From IMG/VR virus record IMGVR_UViG_3300020043_004465, positions 1 to 32,385 of that record: a stretch of DNA of 32,385 bases, one strand, 5' to 3'. Position numbers and translations under genes: made by a program. The stretch comes from a virus. Lineage: Duplodnaviria > Caudoviricetes. Shown one piece after another: positions 16,830 through 25,478 of the stretch (its first letter is position 1; every line of letters begins with the position of its first letter). The notes beneath the pieces were generated by a model, which saw nothing but the letters and a program-made list of their open reading frames with translations, was not told the DNA's origin and made no database searches.

Positions 16830-17195
16830 TTAGTATGTCCAGATCACCTGGGCAGGCTTGGTAGGGTCGCAATCTACATGCACGAATGAGCTTGCTATCC
16901 CTATGCGAGTGAAGCCAGCTTTGAGCAGGGCATTCACAATTTGAAACTTAGAAGTACCGGAGGTAGCTGAAATGTCAGCTGCCCATCCCTGGCAATGTGA
17001 GCTATCAGCAACACCTCCAACCTTAGCATTATGAGCAGCAGTCCGGTAGCCTGAGTTTACCTTAAACGGCACTCCGGCAAATGCTCTGGCATTGTCCAGA
17101 CGTTGCAGGAACTCAGGCTTCATGTTGCTGCCTGAACCAGGTGCATCAGGAGAGTCGAACTCTGCCGGCTTAAAGTGCTTCAGTGGCTGTTGCAT
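16830..17195 (-). CDS. Endolysin, peptidase M15A family
   Basis: SGYRT..HN..VGG...SSH..G.AAD and FVHVD zinc-binding motifs. Confidence 0.92.
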   Translation of the reverse strand: MQQPLKHFKPAEFDSPDAPGSGSNMKPEFLQRLDNARAFAGVPFKVNSGYRTAAHNAKVGGVADSSHCQGWAADISATSGTSKFQIVNALLKAGFTRIGIASSFVHVDCDPTKPAQVIWTY

Positions 17196-17204
17196 TTTGT
17201 AAAA

Positions 17205-17438
17205 TTACTTAATCCGAGTGAATTTTTTGGCTGCACTTTTAACAGACTTCTTGCCAACACAGCCCCATGCTTTCCGGCTTAAGTCATTGGCACATGGAGG
17301 ATTCTTACACTTCTTAATGCCAGATGAACGAGCGCAATAGTTATCACCTTTCGGTGTACCAGGAGCAATGGAATAACCCTTAGCACCGAACTTTACGGTC
17401 TTGCCTCCCACCTTAGTCTTAAACTTCTTCTCAGCCAT
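17205..17438 (-). CDS. Small basic phage protein
   Basis: 77 aa, Lys-rich, KTVKFG.KGY...YCARS...W.C pattern. Confidence 0.75.
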   Translation of the reverse strand: MAEKKFKTKVGGKTVKFGAKGYSIAPGTPKGDNYCARSSGIKKCKNPPCANDLSRKAWGCVGKKSVKSAAKKFTRIK

Positions 17439-17467
17439 TTTACACTTTATTAGATAATTGCTTTACA

Positions 17468-17599
17468 TTATCTTCCCTGTCCTTTGTAAGCCTTCTGCTT
17501 GCCTGCCTTTGGGCCGCTAGTCTTACTATGCTTGCCCTCTCTGCGCTTCCCGAAGCTAATCTTAGCCGATGGAGTGCTGCCTGTTTTTGCCTTTTTCAT
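17468..17599 (-). CDS. Small basic protein ending YKGQGR (43 aa)
   Basis: Manual translation MKKAKTGSTPSAKISFGKRREGKHSKTSGPKAGKQKAYKGQGR*; this C-terminal motif is common in aquatic phages. Confidence 0.8.
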   Translation of the reverse strand: MKKAKTGSTPSAKISFGKRREGKHSKTSGPKAGKQKAYKGQGR

Positions 17600-17648
17600 A
17601 GTGTAAATATCAAATTTTTAGCGTTAATATTGTAACCCTCTATGAGCC

Positions 17649-18149
17649 TTGAAGATAACATTTACAGAGAGAGAAATGGAGCTGCTCCGGGTGCTGGCAG
17701 AAGGCAGGCACTTTCTAAAGGATCAGGCCAACCCTAACCGCTATAAGAAGCACTGGGGCAATGATCAGCAGACTGCTGACCTGCTCGGTGTCATGGGTGA
17801 ATACGCAGTAAGTAAGGCTCTCAAAATTCCAATGGACATGAGCTGTGGTTTGGAAGGTGATGGAGGCACAGACTTAATGATGGATGAGTATAACATCGAT
17901 GTCAAGACCACCAAGTACAAGACAGGCCGATTAGTATTCAATCTCAATGATGAGCTAAAGGCTGACATCTACATTCTATGTTGGGCAATGGAGGAAGCAG
18001 CAGAAGTTATCATACAAGGCTACATCAGGAAGCAAAGCATGGCTGCTTTAATGGTTCAGCAGAACTTAGGGCATGGCCTCCGCAATGTCATTGAGCAGAA
18101 GCACCTAAAGCCTATCTCCCTACTTCTTGCTTATAGGGAAGGAAAGTAG
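17649..18149 (+). CDS. Putative PD-(D/E)xK nuclease-fold protein
   Basis: G.MGEYAV...DGGTDL....IDVKT motif; lone plus-strand gene with a TTG start. Confidence 0.6.
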   Translation: MKITFTEREMELLRVLAEGRHFLKDQANPNRYKKHWGNDQQTADLLGVMGEYAVSKALKIPMDMSCGLEGDGGTDLMMDEYNIDVKTTKYKTGRLVFNLNDELKADIYILCWAMEEAAEVIIQGYIRKQSMAALMVQQNLGHGLRNVIEQKHLKPISLLLAYREGK

Positions 18150-18241
18150 GGTGATAAAGTAGGGTGAACCTGTAAGAAATCTTTACAGGTTGGAACAAAG
18201 TCGGCATTAAATTGTAGCCACCTGGGGACAATCTGTCCCCA
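18143..18241. repeat. Second array: 12-bp direct repeat plus two perfect palindromes
   Basis: AAAGTAGGGTGA x2 (18143, 18156); AACCTGTAA-7-TTACAGGTT (18167-18191); TGGGGACA-3-TGTCCCCA (18223-18241). Confidence 0.8.
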
Positions 18242-19108
18242 TCATCTCATCCCAGTCTTGCCCTTCTCCTTAGCAGCCTCATACTGCTCTTTGGCTACGG
18301 GCCACAACTGATGGCGGCAATTGTAGCCTCCTCGGTAAATGAAGATTGTGCTGCTGTTAGTGCCAGCCATGCGCCCATTCCAGCCTTTGAGATTGGCCCA
18401 TGCCTTGACTTCATCAGTGGTGAAGTATCTGCCTGCCCTGGACACGCAGAATGGTCTGGAATCGGCTATTAATGTGCCAGCATAGAGGTAATACTCAACA
18501 TCCAAGTCCTCGGCAATAGTCTGGATGTACTCGCTGTTGAAAGTCATTACAGCATCATTAGTAGTCTGCTTGATGTATCGGTTTAGGAATGGTGCATCCT
18601 CCGGTGTGCCTTCAATAAACTTCCGCAGAGTCTTATTAAGCTCGGAGCGAGTGCCTATGCCTGCAATGTTGTCCTTTAGCACCTCCTGAATGGCTGTGCC
18701 GAAGTTCTCCCGGATGCCAGCACCGAGCAGAGCATCCTTTGTGGTGGCTATGTTAGCCTCCAGAATTGCCTTGTAAAGTGCCTTCTTCTCAGGAAAATCA
18801 CCTATTGCAAGCGTAATGTACTCATTGCTCAGCTCGGCAAGCATCTCGAAGCCTTTGATGACTTCCGCAACTTGTACCTGGTAAGGAGCATTAGTAATAA
18901 TAGTGTCAGCAATGTCCTTCTTAAGTTTGATTAGCTCCTTTAATGTCTTTGCCCTGTCTTTAGGATCAAGTGAAAGCTCAGAGGCAAGGTCAATAACCTG
19001 GTCGGATAACTTGGCAAACACTCTCGGCAATGCCTCATCCATCCGGCTCTCGATTGCCAGCTGAAGCTCCTGAATTTCTTTTATTAGCTGCTCCGGTGTT
19101 TTAGCCAT
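18242..19108 (-). CDS. Minor head protein (MuF / SPP1 gp7-like)
   Basis: Helical N-terminus; C-terminal DSRPFC...GGYNCRH motif; directly downstream of the portal gene. Confidence 0.8.
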   Translation of the reverse strand: MAKTPEQLIKEIQELQLAIESRMDEALPRVFAKLSDQVIDLASELSLDPKDRAKTLKELIKLKKDIADTIITNAPYQVQVAEVIKGFEMLAELSNEYITLAIGDFPEKKALYKAILEANIATTKDALLGAGIRENFGTAIQEVLKDNIAGIGTRSELNKTLRKFIEGTPEDAPFLNRYIKQTTNDAVMTFNSEYIQTIAEDLDVEYYLYAGTLIADSRPFCVSRAGRYFTTDEVKAWANLKGWNGRMAGTNSSTIFIYRGGYNCRHQLWPVAKEQYEAAKEKGKTGMR

Positions 19109-19109
19109 A

Positions 19110-20915
19110 TCATAAGCCTTCAGGCATTATAGGCACAAGTGATTGCCTAATCTGAGCCTGCTTCTCAGCGGCCATTGCATAGACCTCTGCTCTTTGCTGG
19201 CTGAATGGTTTATCATACCATGTGGCTTCCTCCTCCACTTTCTGAGTGATAAATGCCGCAAGGTTAGCACTTAGTATGTAGTCAAGCTGAGAGCATCCAT
19301 TGGAGGCAAGCAAGACTGTCTTTTCATCGGTGGACTTGAATGGCAATGGATCAAGACTGCTCAATAGCTTTAGGTATGACTTTTGGATGCTGTTCTCGCC
19401 ATACAGCTTCTCCACATAGTCCATCTCAATGCCTGATGTAATCAACGGATTGAACTTACTATCCACTGCTTTCTTAAGCTGCTCTGCTACCATGTCGGCA
19501 GTCATTACATCATAATCAGTAGGCACAGTGATTTGCGGCAATGCTGCCTGTATCTTATCGCTATCCATTAAAGAGGATGCAAAAAGTGCATTGTACCTCT
19601 GGAGCATGATGTAGAAGCACACCTTGCGATACACTTGAGCCAGGTGAACAGTAACCGAGAAGCAGAAGGTGTTTAGCTCCTTACGGTCATACTCCTTGGC
19701 TATCCCTGACTGAGCAGCCGGAATCTGGCCGAGCAATTCAAGACCAATAGCTTTGAACCCTTGAAACTCCTTCTGCATGATGTCCTCCTGGAACAACTTA
19801 ACAGTCTCTACTGGCCTTTCGATGTAGCCAGCCGGAGGCACTGGAGGCACAAGCGGAGTGGGATTGACAGCACTTACTCTGTCAATGTTGATTTCCATCA
19901 GGCCGAAAGGTGAGCTTGATGCTCTGCCTGAGCCTGAGCAATCGTTGCAGTTTACTCGCTCATCCTTGCGATTTGTTCTTATGCCTGTGCCGTTGCAGGT
20001 CTTGCACGGACTCATTTTTAATGCCCACTTCTGGGGAAGGGCATGAGTTGCCCAAAGTATGTTGAGGTCATCAGTTCTGAACAGCACCTCATTCCAAGCT
20101 GGCAAGCAAGGTGCAAGCACCGAATCATAGACCAGCTTGCCATCCTCCTCCTCATAAATAATGTTGCCTACTTTACAAGCTGGCAGATAGCCGAACTGAT
20201 AAGGCAGAACAAACACCTGAAATGGCTGGTCATAGGTGTACTCATTGACCTGCCGAAACAGCATTAAGCCTTCGGTGGTAACGCAAAAGAACTGATCCCA
20301 CTTCTTGCGATTCATGTCCACATATTCCTCTGCCTTACTGATTACAAAGCTCTCATCCTCCCAGATTAAGTCCTCTGATTCAATAATCTGTGGGTAAGGT
20401 CTTGACCAGTCAAGTGTAGTGGTCTCCGATGGATTCTCGATGAACTCCTCATAGTCTGGTAGTGTCAGCACTACCGCATTGCTGTCCTTTAGGTAAGTTT
20501 TAAGAAATACATTGAATAGCCATGTCTCGAGGCTGCCAGTCTTAGGCAGCTCATCCTTGACATAATGCTCCAGCGTGTTATTCTGCAAGCCTATGCGCTC
20601 GGCTATGCCTGTCTTTTGGAAGTCAGATTCAAAGCTAATCTTGAAGTCATCAGCCTGCTGAATCTTTTGCAAAAAGGTATAAACCCTTCCGGTGGCAGTG
20701 GTTGTAGGTGCTTGCCATCTGTGCCTCCGGTAGTCCTTCATCCAAGGCTCTTCGCTCGGATGCTGGGTGTTCAAGAGTTTAACGGGATACTCGTTCTCGA
20801 AGTGATACTCCAATTCTTCGGCTTTCTCACGAGCATACTTAATATAGTCGTGCCTGCCCTCCCGGATTTCCCGATCGAGCAACTTAGATAGGAGCATCCC
20901 GATTAACTCTTCCAT
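19110..20915 (-). CDS. Portal protein (probable) with inserted CxxCxGxG zinc finger
   Basis: 601 aa; AQSGIAKEYDR motif typical of portals; adjacent to the MuF-like gene. Confidence 0.78.
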   Translation of the reverse strand: MEELIGMLLSKLLDREIREGRHDYIKYAREKAEELEYHFENEYPVKLLNTQHPSEEPWMKDYRRHRWQAPTTTATGRVYTFLQKIQQADDFKISFESDFQKTGIAERIGLQNNTLEHYVKDELPKTGSLETWLFNVFLKTYLKDSNAVVLTLPDYEEFIENPSETTTLDWSRPYPQIIESEDLIWEDESFVISKAEEYVDMNRKKWDQFFCVTTEGLMLFRQVNEYTYDQPFQVFVLPYQFGYLPACKVGNIIYEEEDGKLVYDSVLAPCLPAWNEVLFRTDDLNILWATHALPQKWALKMSPCKTCNGTGIRTNRKDERVNCNDCSGSGRASSSPFGLMEINIDRVSAVNPTPLVPPVPPAGYIERPVETVKLFQEDIMQKEFQGFKAIGLELLGQIPAAQSGIAKEYDRKELNTFCFSVTVHLAQVYRKVCFYIMLQRYNALFASSLMDSDKIQAALPQITVPTDYDVMTADMVAEQLKKAVDSKFNPLITSGIEMDYVEKLYGENSIQKSYLKLLSSLDPLPFKSTDEKTVLLASNGCSQLDYILSANLAAFITQKVEEEATWYDKPFSQQRAEVYAMAAEKQAQIRQSLVPIMPEGL

Positions 20916-20936
20916 TTTTAACCTAAATTATTAGAC

Positions 20937-21821
20937 TTAGCAATCAACAATAAGTGTGATAGTCTCTTGACCAAACACACATCCATATTCATTGGTAACA
21001 GTAACTGTGAATATGTAAGTACCATTTGGAGAAGGAGACCAAGTAATTACACCAGTCTCAGCATCAATTACAAGTGCAATATCGGTGATGTCATCACTTC
21101 CTTCTGCTTGCTCAATTGACCATACTTGCTCAGGCGCACCAGATACTGCACCAATGTTAAGCACAGCTGAAAAAGTAACAGTCTGTGGGTCGGTGCATCC
21201 ACTTGTGATAGTGTTGCCAACGTAGGTGCTTCCTGAGCCTCCTGTAAAGCTGATGATGTAATACAGACCTTCTAAGAAGCTGTCGGTATCAAACTCATAA
21301 GGAAGCGGATTAACCTTACTCACCCAGTTTACAACTACTTCAGCCTGCTGGTAGGTGTTAAGGTCGGCAGTGATGATTGGATCACCGATTACAGTTACAT
21401 AGTAGCCGGAGGCATCCCAGATGCGGCCAGGAGTGAAATAGTAGAAGTCGAAATTCTGACTGGTCGAAAGGATGTCATTGTAGAACTGAACGTTGTTCTG
21501 AACAACACCCTGCATGTCTTGATAAGTCAATGTGTGGGTCTTAGCAAGTGCCTTAGTGTTCTGCATACCTCGGCCAGCAGTTGTGCCTGTTTCAGGCTTA
21601 GGCTTTTCACCGGATGTGTTGAACACCAGGTAAGCCTCACCCGTTAGGTAGCGGTCATAGAGAGCAGCAATCCAGCTGTCAGCTGTTGCCTTCTCTTGAG
21701 CTGTGAGTGCGGAGCTTTTGCGAACATAAGCCACCGCAACGATCTTATTCTGAAATTCTGGATCGCACAGAAAATTTTGGTAGCACCCTACATCGGGGCA
21801 TGTTAATGAGAAAATTGACAT
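20937..21821 (-). CDS. Major tail tube protein (probable) with C-terminal Ig-like domain
   Basis: Beta-rich N-terminal domain with a G..TAGRG loop; C-terminal IDAETGVITWSP..GTY.FTVTVTN..G Ig-like motif. Confidence 0.6.
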   Translation of the reverse strand: MSIFSLTCPDVGCYQNFLCDPEFQNKIVAVAYVRKSSALTAQEKATADSWIAALYDRYLTGEAYLVFNTSGEKPKPETGTTAGRGMQNTKALAKTHTLTYQDMQGVVQNNVQFYNDILSTSQNFDFYYFTPGRIWDASGYYVTVIGDPIITADLNTYQQAEVVVNWVSKVNPLPYEFDTDSFLEGLYYIISFTGGSGSTYVGNTITSGCTDPQTVTFSAVLNIGAVSGAPEQVWSIEQAEGSDDITDIALVIDAETGVITWSPSPNGTYIFTVTVTNEYGCVFGQETITLIVDC

Positions 21822-21828
21822 TGTTGTA

Positions 21829-24800
21829 TTAGCAATTCAAACAACTTGAGTTCCTTGGCTGAAAGCCTTGAAGTAGTGCCTGAAACTTCATTTGTGATAA
21901 AGTTTCAAAAGAGCTTTGTGTAGTGAAATCCTGAATGGTGGCAACTTCAATATCCCCTTTCACAAAGATTGGTTTTCCCTCCCAGATTAGGTAAGGATGC
22001 CGGGTGGCATCGGTCATCGCTAACTGTGTCTCTAGGTCGAAGAAATCCGTATGCAAATCTAATGATAAATCCTGCTTGTTCTGTGGCCGCCTGTGTACAC
22101 CATTGCTCTGCCTGTATAGGCTCTCCTCAATGATAGGCTTCTCGCCTCCACCATTCAATCCAATGCGAACACGTTGCTTCCAGTTGTTGTAGTACTCGAA
22201 TCCCTCTGCCATCGTGTTGTTATCTGACCAGAACTCAAGAATGGTACTGAAGCAATCTGCTCTGTCAATGTTAATGATGTTGCTCAGAGAGTAGAGGGCA
22301 GAGTAGAACTGACCCGGCTCTGGCACAATTGGGCAGGTGCAGGATTGAGGTGTGGTTTCAAACACATTAATTCCAAAAATACTTGAGCCTTCATTTGACA
22401 TCAGTACCATCTGGTAATCGGTTTCACAAGGCACATCAATTGTCCATGTAAATGTCAATGTATCTGCCACTGAATCATGTACAACAACTAAACCTGGTAT
22501 TGAATTAAGTTGAGCCAATGCTTCTTCTTGCAGGAATGGAGCAGTTGATGAGCTTATTCCAAAGGTGTAAAGTTCAAATCCCTGAAAAATACCAGTTGTA
22601 GGCACATCAATTCCAATTGAATAAAGTTGAACTCCATCATCTTGGAAGTCATAAAGCCATTGCCATGCGTTAGATTCAATTGTGTAGGTAAACGTCTGCT
22701 CACATAGTAATGTGCATTCGCATGATTCACCTATTGGTGTAGTAATCAGTGAGAAAAATGATGTGCCAATTACAGGGTCTCCATCAGAATTAACCAACGT
22801 ACATACTACATCACACTCAACATCGCACGGGAATTGCCCATTGTAATTCCCATAAAAATAACAAGCCTCTCCTACGGTAAAAGTGTAAATCTGAAAGCCT
22901 GGAATTGAATTAAGCCAGTCGAATATTAAATCCTGATTAGCAACAGGGCAGGTAGATGTAAATAGTGAGGCATCAATTTGCCATTCATAGTAAATAATGC
23001 TATTGTCTGCCTGATTGACTATTCTAAATGAGATAAATGTTCCCAAATAGTCGCAAATCTCATTGAACAAATTGCCACACCCTAAAGGTATTTCTCCAAA
23101 ATTCCAGAAGAAGTCCTGACAATAAGTTCCTATTGTTGCGCAGTTGCAGTAGTAGGTTGGTGTGGTAAAAATTACATCAATTGGTGAGCCATCAACATCT
23201 GAACTATACAATGAAAAAGTATATCCTTCTTCATTGCACGGCAATTCTTGTGTCCATGTCCAATAGATTAGGCTATCGGCAACCGCATTGCAAATCATGC
23301 CTGGAATGTTGGCAGTACACCATGCAGCAATGTCCTCGGCAGTTGCGCCAAGAGTTAAATCATAGGTGTAATGTGTTCCTCCAGAGATGAAAAATGTGAT
23401 GTATGGCCCTGGACTTGCCAGTAATACATCAATTTCCAGCATAAATGTTTCAAATGATGAGCCATATAATGTCTGATCATAATGAAATCTGAAATCAATT
23501 TGGCAAGTAGATGCAGGCGCAACACCCTCAATTACCTCATACAATCCCATCCGGTAGCATCCTTGCTTGCTTGGTATGGTTACCTGTGCCTGATGTTGCA
23601 CAAGTTCATATATAGGCAAAGGAGTAGGGCATTCATAGACATTTGAATCCCACATTAGGTTATACTCACCCCAACTTGGAGGTGGTTCTTCTTGGCTTAC
23701 TCCATACCTAAAATACTGCTTGAACTGGTAGGTGCTTCCACAGACTGCATTAGGTACTGCCAGACTAAACCTATATAGGCCATCAATAAACTCAAGTTTG
23801 AATGATGAGAATAATGGGAAGTTTATCGGATTATCTAAATAGTCAAAAATATTTGTGGTTGTGAATTGGAATCCAGGCTCAAAGGTAGTGCCACTTGCCG
23901 GAGCAGTTTGCTCAACCCCATCAATCAGATAGACATACTTAAAAGTAAATACATCTGCTTCCGGGTCAATGTCAAGGATGGCATTAAGATCATCCAGATA
24001 ATCCTGAAATGCCTCCGGTGTGTAATTTACTTCCATCAGGAAGCCACAATCCACGCACTCACATCCGGGAGTTTCTAGCTTCTCTGCCTCGCCTATCTTC
24101 TGAATGAACTGTCCTTCGGTGGTGAACAGACCAACATTGACATTGGTAATGCCCTCCAGATTGCCATCGACAATATTGAACTGAAACTGATCGCCTGGCT
24201 TGGCAGGCATAGCGTAGAACTCTGGAGACATATAGCAACCCGATGTGAACTCAACAAACTCCAAGTCATAGGTATCACTTGGATAAACCCACCGACCTGC
24301 TTGCATCACCTCATAAGGCAATGCAGTTACTTCGGTGTAGTTAGTCAGGAAGTCATAAGGTGTTGTCTGGCCTGTTACGAACCTCTGCCAGAGCCATGTG
24401 GTGTCCTTTCTGCCGACCAGACTAAAGCACCTTCTGGAGGCATCAATGAAGTCAAACTGGACACGCTCATAGGTGGTGTATGATGGATAATTTATTGCCG
24501 TTGTGTAGGCATCGGGCATGGTGAAGCTATTGAACGTAGCAAGCACCGAAGTGGTGTAATCACCATCTGCCAATGATGCCTGGATGATGCGCTCCATCAC
24601 ACTTATGATGTAGGTGTCATCTCCATTCAGTTGTTCTAATTGGAATGTCCTCTGGTTCTGGAATGGCTCAGTAGGCGCAGGAAGTCGGTTAATAACTCCC
24701 TGAACCAATTGCCAGTCCTTTGCCCGTGCCAGACCTGATGTGGCTATGCCTGTACTTGCATCATAGCTATAAGTAATCGGGAAGATGGCAGAGCCATTTA

Positions 24801-25269
24801 TGTCCACGATTTGCAATGCCTCCCTTACCTTATCTTCCTCGGTTACAAGTGTAGGGTCGAATGTGCCTACATAACTGCCCGGAGTGAATGATGAGAGTGT
24901 GGCACTAATTATCACCTTGCTCGGATTGGTTGCAGTTCCGGTAATGGTGAAGAACTGAGAGCCATCCACCACAAACAAGTCATCATACTTTACGGTAATC
25001 GTGAATGAGTAATCAGGTGGGGCAGGCAGAACCTCAAGGCTCACAGACATCCCTCCGTAATATGGTGCGGCATTGTAGGTATTCACTACTGCCTTCACCG
25101 AATTAAACAATTGATTAATCGTGTCTGCTCCGGGTGTTGCCCATCCAGGCAATTGTATGGTGGCTATGCCATAGACCTCATTCAGGAGATCAGAGGCAAT
25201 CTGATTGTCAGGATAGAACCCTGCGTTCCATGCCTGCTTGAACCTATAAAACGGATTAGGATTACCCAT
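21829..25269 (-). CDS. Large virion structural protein with internal Cys-bounded repeats
   Basis: 1146 aa, acidic and beta-rich; repeated (L)NSIPG...W...PC...TTP..C.C units. Confidence 0.65.
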   Translation of the reverse strand: MGNPNPFYRFKQAWNAGFYPDNQIASDLLNEVYGIATIQLPGWATPGADTINQLFNSVKAVVNTYNAAPYYGGMSVSLEVLPAPPDYSFTITVKYDDLFVVDGSQFFTITGTATNPSKVIISATLSSFTPGSYVGTFDPTLVTEEDKVREALQIVDINGSAIFPITYSYDASTGIATSGLARAKDWQLVQGVINRLPAPTEPFQNQRTFQLEQLNGDDTYIISVMERIIQASLADGDYTTSVLATFNSFTMPDAYTTAINYPSYTTYERVQFDFIDASRRCFSLVGRKDTTWLWQRFVTGQTTPYDFLTNYTEVTALPYEVMQAGRWVYPSDTYDLEFVEFTSGCYMSPEFYAMPAKPGDQFQFNIVDGNLEGITNVNVGLFTTEGQFIQKIGEAEKLETPGCECVDCGFLMEVNYTPEAFQDYLDDLNAILDIDPEADVFTFKYVYLIDGVEQTAPASGTTFEPGFQFTTTNIFDYLDNPINFPLFSSFKLEFIDGLYRFSLAVPNAVCGSTYQFKQYFRYGVSQEEPPPSWGEYNLMWDSNVYECPTPLPIYELVQHQAQVTIPSKQGCYRMGLYEVIEGVAPASTCQIDFRFHYDQTLYGSSFETFMLEIDVLLASPGPYITFFISGGTHYTYDLTLGATAEDIAAWCTANIPGMICNAVADSLIYWTWTQELPCNEEGYTFSLYSSDVDGSPIDVIFTTPTYYCNCATIGTYCQDFFWNFGEIPLGCGNLFNEICDYLGTFISFRIVNQADNSIIYYEWQIDASLFTSTCPVANQDLIFDWLNSIPGFQIYTFTVGEACYFYGNYNGQFPCDVECDVVCTLVNSDGDPVIGTSFFSLITTPIGESCECTLLCEQTFTYTIESNAWQWLYDFQDDGVQLYSIGIDVPTTGIFQGFELYTFGISSSTAPFLQEEALAQLNSIPGLVVVHDSVADTLTFTWTIDVPCETDYQMVLMSNEGSSIFGINVFETTPQSCTCPIVPEPGQFYSALYSLSNIINIDRADCFSTILEFWSDNNTMAEGFEYYNNWKQRVRIGLNGGGEKPIIEESLYRQSNGVHRRPQNKQDLSLDLHTDFFDLETQLAMTDATRHPYLIWEGKPIFVKGDIEVATIQDFTTQSSFETLSQMKFQALLQGFQPRNSSCLNC

Positions 25270-25477
25270 TGCTCAATGTTTCAATAATCATGTCTGCCGA
25301 TGTCTGGATGATTCCGTTGATAGTTGTTTCGTTGGCTATAAATGAAGTATTCCATTCATCCCATCCATCTGCCAAGGCATACACATCAACAAAAATGTCT
25401 GATCCTTTGGTAAATGAAATTAGCTTAAACTCCTTTCCCTGAAGTTGAAATGCATTATTTATAAATATTACCTCCAT
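25262..25477 (-). CDS. Hypothetical protein (possible fibre-associated)
   Basis: 71 aa directly after the fibre gene. Confidence 0.65.
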   Translation of the reverse strand: MEVIFINNAFQLQGKEFKLISFTKGSDIFVDVYALADGWDEWNTSFIANETTINGIIQTSADMIIETLSNG

Positions 25478-25478
25478 A

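Noticed and set aside
17439-17467. dif/Xer-like or attP site (TTTTACACTTTATTAGATAATTGCTTTACA)
   Set aside because: Only a loose resemblance, without clear 11-6-11 inverted arms, and there is no integrase in the window.
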